From assembly GCA_964491475.1 (NCBI GenBank), contig CAZBFO010000003.1, positions 253,293-317,292 of the forward strand: a stretch of DNA of 64,000 nucleotides. The letters run 5' to 3'. Positions 1 to 11,386 of this stretch are shown piece after piece; positions within the stretch are counted from its first letter, which is position 1; every line of letters begins with the position of its first letter. The stretch is from an uncultured Gammaproteobacteria bacterium. GTDB lineage: Bacteria > Patescibacteriota > Patescibacteriia > SG8-24. The translations under genes were made by a program, and so were the position numbers. Below the pieces are notes generated by a model that did no database searches, was not told the DNA's origin, and worked only from the letters and a program-made list of their open reading frames with translations.

Positions 1-2
1 AG

Positions 3-1127
3 ATGAGCTACTTCGAGTTCCTGGGGGAGTTCTCCAAGGACCGCTGGACTATCGGCGTATCAGGTACCAACGGTAAAAGCACCACCACCGCGCTGTTGGG
101 GCTGATGTTGGAGCGCGGCGGGCTCGAACCGACGGTCATCGTAGGCTCCAAGGTGCCGACCTTCCCGCACAGGAACCTGCGCATCGGACGCAGCAAGTTC
201 TTCGTGGTTGAGGCCGACGAGTTCAACGCCCACATGCTGCAGCTGTCGCCGCAGATGATCGTGCTGACCAACGTCGAGGAAGACCATCTCGACTTCTACC
301 GCGACCTGGCCCACATCCGCGACACCTTCAAGGAATACGTCGGCAAGCTGCCGCCCGACGGCCAGCTGATCCTGAACGCCGACGACCATATCTGCTTCTA
401 CGAGCTGGCGCCCAAGGTGCCGTTCGTCACCTATGCCATGGACAATCCGGCCGATTACTCGGCGCGGCACGTCGCCGTGGCCACCGGCATGCAGTCGTTC
501 CAGATCGTGCGCACGCGCGGCGGCGCGGAGACTGCCGTGGCTGATTGCGCCATGCGCCTGCCCGGGAGGTTCAACGTGATGAACGCGCTGGCCGCCGCGA
601 CCGCCGCGCTGGAGCTGGGCGTCGCTCCGGACGCCGTCGTCGCCACGCTGCGCGAGTTCACCGGCATCTGGCGCCGCTTCGAGACCGTCGGCGAATGTCG
701 CGGCGCGACGCTGATTTCCGATTACGGTCATCATCCCACTGCCGTCCGCGGCACGCTCGAGGCCGCACGCAGCTTCTTCGGCGGACGCCGCATCGTCCTG
801 GCGTTCCAGCCGCACCATCACAACCGCACCCGCAACCTGTTCGACGAGTTCGTGGCCTCGTTCGACGGCGCCGACGTGCTGGTGCTGCCGGAAGTGTATG
901 ACGTCGCCGGCCGCGAGGAAGGCGGCCGCGTCAGCTCGCGCGACCTGGTCGCCGCAGCCGAGGCGCGCGACGCCGAGCGCGGTATCGACCGCCAGGTGCT
1001 GTTCGGCGGCACCGTTCCCGAAACGCAGAAGCTGCTCGAAGGGCTGATTCGCGACGGCGACGTGGTGCTGCTGATGGGCGCGGGCGACCTGTACACCATC
1101 GCCAAGAAGATGATCGACGGCAGTTAG
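3..1127 (+). CDS. murC: UDP-N-acetylmuramate--L-alanine ligase, 5'-truncated by the window edge
   Basis: Mur-ligase P-loop GVSGTNGKSTTTALLG near the start and a Mur-ligase middle/C-terminal layout (…DYGHHPTAV…FQPHHHNRTRNLF…). The ORF runs off the 5' end of the window and is followed 9 nt later by murB. Confidence 0.8.
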   Translation: MSYFEFLGEFSKDRWTIGVSGTNGKSTTTALLGLMLERGGLEPTVIVGSKVPTFPHRNLRIGRSKFFVVEADEFNAHMLQLSPQMIVLTNVEEDHLDFYRDLAHIRDTFKEYVGKLPPDGQLILNADDHICFYELAPKVPFVTYAMDNPADYSARHVAVATGMQSFQIVRTRGGAETAVADCAMRLPGRFNVMNALAAATAALELGVAPDAVVATLREFTGIWRRFETVGECRGATLISDYGHHPTAVRGTLEAARSFFGGRRIVLAFQPHHHNRTRNLFDEFVASFDGADVLVLPEVYDVAGREEGGRVSSRDLVAAAEARDAERGIDRQVLFGGTVPETQKLLEGLIRDGDVVLLMGAGDLYTIAKKMIDGS

Positions 1128-1136
1128 CCGCACCGT

Positions 1137-2123
1137 ATGTCCCATAGCACTGTCTTGCGCGAGAAGATTTCTCCTGACGTCAAGGAAGGGGAGCCGCTCG
1201 CAAAACACACCACCTTCAAGATCGGCGGCGCAGCCGAGTATTTTTTCGAAGCCAAAAGCGCGGAAGACGCGGTGAAGGCCATCCGCGCGGCGAATGATCT
1301 GGGCATCCCGCTGTTCCTGTTCGGCGGCGGCTCCAACATGCTGGTGGCGGACCAGGGCGTGAAGGGGTTGGTGATAAAGATGGCTAACCGCGACTTCACC
1401 ATCGAGGGCAATGCGATCGTCGCCCAAGCGGGCGCGCCGACCGGTCTGGTGTCGATGCGCGCCGCGGAGGCCGGGCTCACCGGATTCGAGTGGGCGGTCG
1501 GCGTGCCGGGGACCATCGGCGGCGCCGTGCGCGGCAACGCCGGCGCGTACGGCGGCGACATGAACGGCTGCGTCACCTCGGTGGTCGCCTTCAAGGACGG
1601 TCAAGTGGTCGAGATGTCGCACGCCGACTGCGGGTTCAGCTACCGCGACTCCGCCTTCAAGCGCAATCCCGGCTGGTTCGTACTTGCCGCGACCATTGCT
1701 CTCGCGCCGGCGCCGGACGTCGAGGCGGGCAAGGCCAAGCTCAAGAAGATCCTGCTCGATCGCAAGGAGAAGCAGCCGGTGGAGTTCCCCACGGCAGGCT
1801 GCATGTTCACCAACTGGAAACCGGACCGTCCCGAGCAGCTGGCCGAGATGTGGAAGTGGTTCGACCTGGACAAAGGCGAGCAGGTTCCCGTGACGACCGA
1901 AGGCACCGTACCCGCCGGCTGGATCATCGACCGGGCGCAGCTCAAGGGCACCAAGGTCGGTCACGTGCAGGTCTCCGAGAAGCACGGCAACTTCTTCATC
2001 AGCGACGGGCAGGCCAAGGCCGACGACGTGGTGGCGCTGACCGCCGTGCTCAAGACCCGTGTCCGCAACATGACCGACGGCAACGTCTTCCTGCACGAAG
2101 AAGTCGAATACGTCGGTTTCTAG
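1137..2123 (+). CDS. murB: UDP-N-acetylenolpyruvoylglucosamine reductase
   Basis: 328 aa. N-terminal FAD-binding signature TTFKIGGAAEYF…LFLFGGGSNMLV typical of MurB. Sits immediately downstream of murC. Confidence 0.85.
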   Translation: MSHSTVLREKISPDVKEGEPLAKHTTFKIGGAAEYFFEAKSAEDAVKAIRAANDLGIPLFLFGGGSNMLVADQGVKGLVIKMANRDFTIEGNAIVAQAGAPTGLVSMRAAEAGLTGFEWAVGVPGTIGGAVRGNAGAYGGDMNGCVTSVVAFKDGQVVEMSHADCGFSYRDSAFKRNPGWFVLAATIALAPAPDVEAGKAKLKKILLDRKEKQPVEFPTAGCMFTNWKPDRPEQLAEMWKWFDLDKGEQVPVTTEGTVPAGWIIDRAQLKGTKVGHVQVSEKHGNFFISDGQAKADDVVALTAVLKTRVRNMTDGNVFLHEEVEYVGF

Positions 2124-2186
2124 CCATATTGAGATTAGCGGCGGCCGCGGGTATACTTGTGGCATTCACCGCCTAACCGCATTTTT

Positions 2187-2540
2187 ATGAAACTCGCCAT
2201 CAAAGCCACCCACCTCACCCTCACCGACGCCATTAAGGCCTACGTCGAACAGAAGGTCGACGGCCTGGACAGCAAGGTCAAGCGCTTCGGCCCGAGCGTC
2301 ACTGCCGAGTGCGAGGTCGGCATGACCACCAAGCACCACAAGAAGGGCCCCATCTTCCGCGCCGAGCTGCACGTGCGCCTGCCGGGCAAGCTGGTCTACG
2401 CAGAGTGCGAGGACCTCAACCTCTACACGGCCATCGGAGAAGTGAAGCGTGAAGCCGAGCGCCAAATCGCCGATTACAAGGGCACGCTGACCGGCAAGAA
2501 CCTCCGCGCTGCCAAGAAGTCCAAGGGTGGACGGGAATAA
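2187..2540 (+). CDS. hpf: ribosome hibernation promoting factor / RaiA-family (sigma-54 modulation protein fold)
   Basis: About 117 aa from the internal ATG at 2187. MKLAIKATHLTLTDAIKAYVEQKV…AECEV…GPIFRAELHVRLPGK…YAE matches the short-HPF/YfiA pattern. Confidence 0.7.
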   Translation: MKLAIKATHLTLTDAIKAYVEQKVDGLDSKVKRFGPSVTAECEVGMTTKHHKKGPIFRAELHVRLPGKLVYAECEDLNLYTAIGEVKREAERQIADYKGTLTGKNLRAAKKSKGGRE

Positions 2541-2607
2541 CTCGCTTGCAAATTCACCGCACGCGGAATAGGTTGCGGGGCTCTTAATTCATGAGGGTCC
2601 CGTACTT

Positions 2608-2976
2608 ATGTATAAAGGCGACGATATTTCCCCAGTTGTTCCAGAGGGGCGCATCGAAGGGAAGATTTACCTCTTGAGGGGTAAAAAGGTCATGGTTGAC
2701 CATGATTTGGCGACGCTTTATGGGGTGGAAACTAAGGCACTGAACCAGGCCGTCAGACGTAACGCAGAACGGTTTCCCGAGGACTTTATGTTTAAATTAA
2801 CGCTAAGCGAAGCCGAGAACTTGAAGTCACAAATTGTGACTTCAAGTTCTGGTCACGGTGGCAGGCGGAAACCGACGCTCGCCTTCACCGAACAGGGCGT
2901 AGCCATGCTCTCTAGCGTTTTGCGGAGCAATCGGGCAATATTGGTGAACATTCAAATCATCCGCACGCACAAGTGA
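2608..2976 (+). CDS. ORF6N-domain protein (KilA-N-like; commonly mobile or phage associated)
   Basis: [47 protein letters not shown]…[20 protein letters not shown] is the canonical ORF6N motif set. The gene and its 5' flank are visibly more A+T-rich than their neighbours. Its stop TGA (2974-2976) overlaps the GTG at 2973 and sits just before the secA ATG at 2979. Confidence 0.7.
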   Translation: MYKGDDISPVVPEGRIEGKIYLLRGKKVMVDHDLATLYGVETKALNQAVRRNAERFPEDFMFKLTLSEAENLKSQIVTSSSGHGGRRKPTLAFTEQGVAMLSSVLRSNRAILVNIQIIRTHK

Positions 2977-2978
2977 CC

Positions 2979-5768
<2,790 letters not shown>

Positions 5769-5780
5769 ACCGAAAAAGAA

Positions 5781-5814
5781 AAACCGTCTCCGAAACAGGA
5801 GGCGGTTTGCGTTT
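5781..5814. terminator. bidirectional intrinsic terminator between convergent secA and the small minus-strand gene
   Basis: Hairpin AAACCGTCTCC-GAAACA-GGAGGCGGTTT flanked by A-rich and T-rich tracts. Confidence 0.5.
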
Positions 5815-5824
5815 GAATGGTCCT

Positions 5825-6073
5825 CTACACGAACACCTTGCACACCTTCATTCCCTCCGGCATGTGCGAACCGCAGCCGTCGACAAGGCGTTTGGCGTTC
5901 ACGGGGCTGGCGGTCCCGACCACGTGTTGCTCGTTGCCGGTCTTTTTGAAGACGTAGGAGCCGTTGCGGTAGCCGCCGTGGCCGGAGTCGTCTCCGTCCA
6001 ACGGGAAGCTGATGAAGTGGTCGCCGACCTCGAGTTCGGCGAAGGTGAGGGGTTTCGATTGCGTCGCGCTCAT
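5825..6073 (-). CDS. hypothetical small protein (82 aa)
   Basis: ORF preceded on the minus strand by GGAGG 4 nt before the ATG (revcomp of 6074-6090). It converges on secA. No recognisable domain (…GHGGYRNGSYVFKK…). Confidence 0.45.
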   Translation of the reverse strand: MSATQSKPLTFAELEVGDHFISFPLDGDDSGHGGYRNGSYVFKKTGNEQHVVGTASPVNAKRLVDGCGSHMPEGMKVCKVFV

Positions 6074-6155
6074 GAAAGACCTCCGTGTGAGTGGTGAGTA
6101 TCACGCGGCGGTGGTAGTGTCAACGCGTAACGATTGGCTTCTCCTTCCGCCGCAT

Positions 6156-6623
6156 ATGCAAAAACTCCTCCTCACGCTCTGTCTCATCCACCAGGACGAT
6201 CGGGTGCTTTTGGGCATGAAAAAACGCGGGCACGGGATGGGAAAATGGAACGGTTTCGGCGGCAAGGTCGAGGCGGGGGAGGAGATCGAGGCCGCGGCGC
6301 TGCGCGAGTTCCGCGAGGAGGCCGGGGTGGTGCCGACGGACATGCGCAAGCTCGCCGTCATGACCTTCGACAACGTCATGGACGACAAGGTGATGGAGGT
6401 GCACCTGTTCAAGGCGACTCGGTTCACGGGTGAACCGACGGAAAGCGAAGAGATGCTGCCGCGCTGGTTCGGCCTGGACGAGATTCCCTTCGAGCAGATG
6501 TGGCCCGACGACCGCATCTGGTTCCCGCTGATGCTGGCCGACAAGACGTTCACGGCGCGGTTCCAATACGAGGGCGAAACGCGGATCGTAAGTCATGAGA
6601 TACGGGAGGGAGTTACGGCCTAA
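6156..6623 (+). CDS. Nudix hydrolase, MutT/MTH1-like (8-oxo-dGTP diphosphatase family)
   Basis: Nudix box GGKVEAGEEIEAAALREFREEAGV. The N-terminus LIHQDDRVLLGMKKRGHGMGKWNGFGG resembles MTH1/MutT1-type enzymes. Start placed at the internal ATG 6156. Confidence 0.75.
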   Translation: MQKLLLTLCLIHQDDRVLLGMKKRGHGMGKWNGFGGKVEAGEEIEAAALREFREEAGVVPTDMRKLAVMTFDNVMDDKVMEVHLFKATRFTGEPTESEEMLPRWFGLDEIPFEQMWPDDRIWFPLMLADKTFTARFQYEGETRIVSHEIREGVTA

Positions 6624-6668
6624 CGTCCGGCGGTTGCTTATTGGCCGCCGCCGTGCTGAACTGAAGCC

Positions 6669-7454
6669 ATGGCACGAGAGAAACTGACCATCATTTCCCT
6701 GAACGCCTGGGGCGGACGTGCGCTGCATCCGCTGATGCGGTTTTTGCAGCGCCATGCGCCGACGACGGACGTCTTTTGTCTGCAGGAGGTCTTCAACACC
6801 GCCCAGAAGGCGGTAGAGCGGCGGCACCCGGACGAGTACGTCTGCGGCGACCTGTTCAACAAGATTTCGGCGGCGCTGCCGGACTTCTACGGTTCTTTCG
6901 CCCGGCACGAGGACAGCCCGCACCGCATGAGCTTGGCGATGTTCATCAAGGACACCGTCTCGCGCCGGCGCGGACCGAAGGACTTCGTGGTGCACGTGCC
7001 CGAAAAGCAGGTGCTCACGGGCAGCGCGATTCTTTCTTCGCGCCGCCTGCAGTACGCCACCGTCAACTTCGGCGGGGCCGGGCTGCTGATCGCCAACTAC
7101 CACGGCTTGTGGGTCAACGGTCCCAAGACCGACAACCCCGAGCGCATCCTGCAGTCGCAGCGGCTGCGGGCCTTCCTGGACTCCAAGACGCATCCGCAGG
7201 TGCTCTGCGGCGACTTCAACCTGCTGCCGCGCACCAAGTCGGTGGCCATCATCGCCGAGCACATGCGCGACCTGGTGGCGGAATACAAGGTCCGCAGCAC
7301 CAGGACGCCGCTGTATCGGCACTACCGCAATAAGGCGGAACCGAACTACGCCGACTATGTCTTCACCACCAAGGACGTGAAGGTCAACGCGTTCGAGGTC
7401 CTGCCCGACATCGCCTCCGATCACGCCGCGCTCCGCGTCGAGCTCGGTTGGTAG
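6669..7454 (+). CDS. endonuclease/exonuclease/phosphatase (EEP) family protein
   Basis: 261 aa. N-terminal LTIISLNAWGG and C-terminal SDHAALRVEL are EEP-fold catalytic hallmarks. Confidence 0.65.
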   Translation: MAREKLTIISLNAWGGRALHPLMRFLQRHAPTTDVFCLQEVFNTAQKAVERRHPDEYVCGDLFNKISAALPDFYGSFARHEDSPHRMSLAMFIKDTVSRRRGPKDFVVHVPEKQVLTGSAILSSRRLQYATVNFGGAGLLIANYHGLWVNGPKTDNPERILQSQRLRAFLDSKTHPQVLCGDFNLLPRTKSVAIIAEHMRDLVAEYKVRSTRTPLYRHYRNKAEPNYADYVFTTKDVKVNAFEVLPDIASDHAALRVELGW

Positions 7455-7538
7455 CGCCGCCCGTCATACGACTGGCGGTTTTTCGTATGCGGACCGCGTG
7501 CTATCATTTGCGCATTCATCACTTTTCAGTTCAGCACT

Positions 7539-7946
7539 ATGGACAATCGCATCAGCCTCATCACCCTCGCCGTCAAGGACGTCAAGAAATCAGCCGCATT
7601 CTACCAAAACGTCCTTGGCTTCAAGCCCAGCAAGTACAGCATGCCGGTCATCGCTTTCTTCGGCCTCAAGGGAACGTGGCTCGCCCTGTACGGCGCCAAG
7701 CATTTGGCGCAGGATGCCGGCGTGTCGGCAAAGGGGAGCGGCTTTCGCGGCGTGAGCGTTTCGCACAATCTGCGCAGCGCCAAGGAAGTAGACAAGCTGT
7801 TCGCGCGTCTCAAGAGGCATCGCGTCAAGATCGTGAAGCCGCCGCAGAAGGCGGAGTGGGGAGGGTACTCTGGCTATTTTGCCGACCCTGACGGCCATTT
7901 GTGGGAGCTGGCGCACAATCCTTTTTTCTGGATTGGGCCAAAGTAG
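7539..7946 (+). CDS. VOC (glyoxalase/bleomycin-resistance/dioxygenase) family protein
   Basis: ISLITLAVKDVKKSAAFYQNVLGFKP…DPDGHLWELAHNP is the typical VOC beta-alpha-beta-beta-beta signature. Confidence 0.7.
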   Translation: MDNRISLITLAVKDVKKSAAFYQNVLGFKPSKYSMPVIAFFGLKGTWLALYGAKHLAQDAGVSAKGSGFRGVSVSHNLRSAKEVDKLFARLKRHRVKIVKPPQKAEWGGYSGYFADPDGHLWELAHNPFFWIGPK

Positions 7947-7977
7947 TCCGCGCCGGCAAGAAAAAAGCCGGGCCATC

Positions 7978-8006
7978 TTGCCGTTTTCGGCATTTTCGGC
8001 TATATT
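7978..8006 (+). promoter_or_regulatory. candidate sigma70-type promoter for the ITPase gene (-35 TTGCCG, 17-nt spacer, -10 TATATT)
   Basis: TTGCCG at 7978-7983 and TATATT at 8001-8006. The ATG at 8016 would leave a very short leader. Confidence 0.35.
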
Positions 8007-8015
8007 CGCGGCACC

Positions 8016-8570
8016 ATGCGCATCATCGTAGGAAGCACCAACGAAGTGAAGATCGGTGCCGTCCGCCAGCTGGCGCCCGACTACCCGTGCATCGCCACGG
8101 CGGTCGTCGGCGGCATCGACGTGCCGAGCGGCGTCTCCGATCAGCCAAAGTCTCTGGAAGAAACCATGACGGGCGCGATGAACCGCGCCCGCGGCGCCTG
8201 GGACCGCGGCGGCCTGAAGGTCGATGACGGCGGCGACCTGTCCTTCGGGATCGAATCGGGGCTGTTCAAGGTGCCGTTCACCCGTACGGGCTACATGGAC
8301 GTGTGCGTGTGCGCGATTTTCGACGGCGTTCAGTTCGAGTTCGGCTTTTCGTCGGCATGGGAATCACCGGCCGAGGTCATGAAGTACATGATCGAGGACG
8401 GTCTCGACATGAACCAGGCCTATCACAAGGCAGGGTACACCGACGATCCCAAAATCGGGTCGTCGATCGGGACCATCAGCCTGGTCACCAAAGGCAGGCT
8501 GTCGCGAATGGCATATACTGCCGAGTCGGTCCGCACCGCGCTCATCGGCATCGAGGCAAGGCGGAAGTAG
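8016..8570 (+). CDS. yjjX: inosine/xanthosine triphosphatase, YjjX (non-canonical purine NTP phosphatase) family
   Basis: STNEVKIGAV…VPSGVSDQPKSLEETMTGAMNRA…IGTISLVTKGRLSRMAY aligns with E. coli YjjX (TNPAKI…[22 protein letters not shown]…IGVFTAGKLTRASVY). Confidence 0.7.
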   Translation: MRIIVGSTNEVKIGAVRQLAPDYPCIATAVVGGIDVPSGVSDQPKSLEETMTGAMNRARGAWDRGGLKVDDGGDLSFGIESGLFKVPFTRTGYMDVCVCAIFDGVQFEFGFSSAWESPAEVMKYMIEDGLDMNQAYHKAGYTDDPKIGSSIGTISLVTKGRLSRMAYTAESVRTALIGIEARRK

Positions 8571-8670
8571 GCTTTCATCCGGCGCATGCCGGATTTTTCT
8601 TTGCCGCGTTGACCGGAGCAGGCGCATCGCGTACCTTAGCGGTGGCGTTCTTTTGCCGAGGAGGTCACGC

Positions 8671-9129
8671 ATGGCTCGTGCCGTCATGTTGATGCTGTAC
8701 GCTTTTCCGCTGGTCTTGGCGCTGCTGATGCTGTTCACTGCCGCCGTCAGGTCGTTCCAGGCGCGTCGTCTGCGCCAGCCGCAGGAGTCGGTTCGTCGCG
8801 CACAGATGCTCGAGTATTACCTCAAGCGCCAGCTGCTTTGGAACCGCGTCGGGCAGGAGGTGGAGCGGAAGATCGAGGAGGAGGGGAAGCTTCCGGAAGC
8901 GCCCGTCGCCTACGTGCCCGCGCCCCACGACGAACTGAAGGCGCTGCTTCGCAAGAAGTACGCCCTGCAGCTGCTGATGGCCCGCAAGAAAGCGGAGCAC
9001 GTGACCGAGATGGAAGTCCTTGGTGGCAGCCTGCAGCTGCTCGACAGGGCCCTGCATGGCCGTTCGGACGCGGAGTTCGAAGAGGCCTTCGCCGCAGAAG
9101 GGCTGACCATACCGGAAGAGTATTCCTGA
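8671..9129 (+). CDS. hypothetical membrane protein
   Basis: GAGGAGG Shine-Dalgarno sequence before the ATG at 8671. Hydrophobic N-terminus MARAVMLMLYAFPLVLALLMLFTAAV followed by a charged, helical tail. Confidence 0.5.
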   Translation: MARAVMLMLYAFPLVLALLMLFTAAVRSFQARRLRQPQESVRRAQMLEYYLKRQLLWNRVGQEVERKIEEEGKLPEAPVAYVPAPHDELKALLRKKYALQLLMARKKAEHVTEMEVLGGSLQLLDRALHGRSDAEFEEAFAAEGLTIPEEYS

Positions 9130-9196
9130 CACCGCGCTCGGCGCGGTTTTTTTGTCGCCTTCACTCTTTCGGCAAAAGGCCGTATCCTTCAGGCGT

Positions 9197-9742
9197 ATGC
9201 ACGCATCCAAGCCAGCCGAAGCCATTTCCCTTGCGGCCGCCAAGCAGGACAAGCTGTTCTACTTCGTGGCCAACGTCGTCGTCTATCGCGAATCCGACGG
9301 GCGCTGCCTGCTGCTCAAGCGCGCCGAAACCGAAAAGGTGCACCCCGGCATCTACGCGGCCATCGGCGGCAAGCTTGAGTGGAACGACTTGCCGGTGGAG
9401 CGTCCGACCCGCCGCAACGGCGACGTGCTCGACTACGAGAACGCCGTCGAGTATCTGCTGGCCCGCGAAGTGCGGGAGGAAGCAGGCATCAGCATCGACA
9501 AGCAGCTCACCTACATCAACAGCGTCGCCTTCATCCGCCCCGACGGCATCCCCGTGGTGCTGGTGAAGTTCGCCGCGCGTTATGCCGGCGGCGAGGTGCG
9601 GCTCGAGGCCGGCGCCTTCACCGACCACGCCTGGGTGAACGGAGAGGAGGTCGACAGGCTGGAGTGCATCGAAGGCATTCCCGACGAAGTGCGCGCGGCC
9701 ATCGCCGCCTGCGCCAAGCAGCCCGCCGTTTCCCATGCCTAA
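9197..9742 (+). CDS. Nudix hydrolase
   Basis: Nudix box GGKLEWNDLPV…AVEYLLAREVREEAGI. Start placed at the internal ATG 9197; the true start is uncertain. Confidence 0.7.
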   Translation: MHASKPAEAISLAAAKQDKLFYFVANVVVYRESDGRCLLLKRAETEKVHPGIYAAIGGKLEWNDLPVERPTRRNGDVLDYENAVEYLLAREVREEAGISIDKQLTYINSVAFIRPDGIPVVLVKFAARYAGGEVRLEAGAFTDHAWVNGEEVDRLECIEGIPDEVRAAIAACAKQPAVSHA

Positions 9743-10080
9743 GCTTCCGCGCATCGCTTTCGTCGACTTGGAGAGGCTCGGTTTCGCGACCGAGCCTCGT
9801 TATTACTTTTACGGCTGGTCCGATTCGCCCCGGGTGCGCGGACGCAAGTCGTTGGCGGAGGCGCTGCTGCGGGCGAAGAAGCATTTGCCGAAAGGGTGCA
9901 ACTTCAAGATTTGGGACTGTCAGCGCGACCGCTACTTCCTCCGCGGCGAGGACGGCGAAATCGCTCCGCCCGATGGACAGGGAAGCCAAAAAGAATCGTC
10001 GGCTGCTCAAGAGAGTGATGCTCAAGGCGGGGTTCTATTCGTACGCCCCGGAATGGTGGCATTTCGGTTTCGAGCGATGA
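9735..10080 (+). pseudogene. VanX-type D-Ala-D-Ala dipeptidase (peptidase M15D) remnant with a frameshift and no zinc-binding core
   Basis: The 9735 frame carries LAEALLRAKKHLPKGCNFKIWDCQRD, matching VanX LAESLLKAK…GYGLLLWDGYRP. The C-terminal end MDREAKKNRRLLKRVMLKAGFYSYAPEWWHF, matching VanX NRRRLRSIMENSGFEAYSLEWWHY, lies in a different frame and ends at 10080. The central SxHxxGxAxD metal-binding segment is absent and the total length is about half of VanX. Confidence 0.45.
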
Positions 10081-10183
10081 ACGCAGTGTCGCTATCCACA
10101 CCCCGTCCACTTCTCAATGACGGGGTGTTTGTTATAGTGGAGGCTCCAAAAATCGCCGCCGATTCACGCTTAGCCTCACGAAC

Positions 10184-10615
10184 ATGCAAGAACTCAAAGA
10201 CGTCTTCGACCGCATCCAGCAGAAGAAGAAAGAGCGCAAGGAACTGACCAAGATGTTCCAGGACGAGCTCAAGCACGACGGCGAGTACCAGAAGATACTG
10301 GAGGACATCAAGACCTTGCGCGACAAGAAGAAGTCCATCGAGAACCAGGCCAGGGCAAACGCGCTGGCGGATGCCGAACAGCTCGACAACCTGGCCGAGG
10401 AGATCAAGGGATCGATCGAGCTGCTCTCGGACGTGGCGCTGTCCAAGCTGATGAACCGCGAGACCGTCGAGATCGTCGACGAGGCCAACGACATCCGCTA
10501 CGCGCCGGTGTTCACCGTGCGCTTCAAGAAGGAAGAAGGGGAGAGCTACCAGCAGAAGGCCGAAGCCGAGCGCGCCGAATCTCACAAGGAGGAGCGCACC
10601 TTCGCCCCGGCATAG
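10184..10615 (+). CDS. hypothetical coiled-coil protein
   Basis: 143 aa, highly charged with heptad-like KE-rich sequence (QQKKKERKELTKMFQDELKHDGEYQKILEDIKTLRDKKK). Confidence 0.5.
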   Translation: MQELKDVFDRIQQKKKERKELTKMFQDELKHDGEYQKILEDIKTLRDKKKSIENQARANALADAEQLDNLAEEIKGSIELLSDVALSKLMNRETVEIVDEANDIRYAPVFTVRFKKEEGESYQQKAEAERAESHKEERTFAPA

Positions 10616-10714
10616 CAGCAGCGCGCGCCGCCCGGAAGGGCGGCGTTTTGGTTCGTGGACAGAACCGCGGCGAATGGTTACGCTCTGGTCGCGTCCTTTG
10701 AAAGCGAGGAGAGA

Positions 10715-11386
10715 ATGGCGACTGTCATCGTGTTCATCCTGGTGATTGCGGCCATGGGCGGCGCGATCCTGTTCATCGATATCCAACGCTGGTACCGGCT
10801 GCGGCGGCTGGCATCTGCTCGACGCGATGCGCACGAGGCAGACGCGGGCGTTCCTACGGTGACGCACGAGGCCACCGACGTGCTCGAGGCGTACGTCCTC
10901 GACGACAGGAAGGTGCGGTATGCCTGCGGGCATGACTACGCCGTCCTGTTCGGACATGATTTCTACGGGGAGCGGCTGGACGTGTCCGACCAGTATGCGG
11001 CCAAGCGCGAGAAGTGCGGCGACTGCATGCTGGCGGAGATAAGGCCGCTGCTCATCCGCTGCTGTCATTGCGGCCGTGCGATCATGCCCGGCGAGCCGGT
11101 TGCCGCGTACGGCGACAACGGCATGTTCAGGAAGGAGTGGTGCACGGGCCTGCCGGACAGCGACGCGGTGCTCGGCTGCATGCGCTGGAACTGCTGTCCG
11201 AGCGGAGGGTTCTTCGCCGGGCATTGGTCGGTCCGCGGCTTCGTGCCGGCGTTCCCGGGCAAGGCGAACCTGATGGCCGAAGTATTGGCCGTCGGCAAGC
11301 CGGTGGTCGTGAGCGTCGGCGACGGCCGCGCGAAAGTGACGGTCCTCGACGACAAAAAGGGCAAGGACGGCGGCGATGACCGCTAG
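10715..11386 (+). CDS. hypothetical membrane-anchored Cys-rich protein
   Basis: GAGGAGAGA before the ATG at 10715. N-terminal transmembrane segment MATVIVFILVIAAMGGAILFI. Multiple Cys pairs follow (CGHDY…CGDC…CCHCGR…CMRWNCC), suggesting a metal-binding ribbon. Confidence 0.45.
   Translation: MATVIVFILVIAAMGGAILFIDIQRWYRLRRLASARRDAHEADAGVPTVTHEATDVLEAYVLDDRKVRYACGHDYAVLFGHDFYGERLDVSDQYAAKREKCGDCMLAEIRPLLIRCCHCGRAIMPGEPVAAYGDNGMFRKEWCTGLPDSDAVLGCMRWNCCPSGGFFAGHWSVRGFVPAFPGKANLMAEVLAVGKPVVVSVGDGRAKVTVLDDKKGKDGGDDR

Noticed and set aside
9379-10080. 233-aa ORF in an alternative frame spanning the second Nudix gene.
   Set aside because: Only its last ~35 residues (NRRLLKRVMLKAGFYSYAPEWWHF) are meaningful, as the C-terminus of the VanX remnant. 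The remainder is an Arg/Gly/Ala artefact overlapping a motif-bearing Nudix gene.
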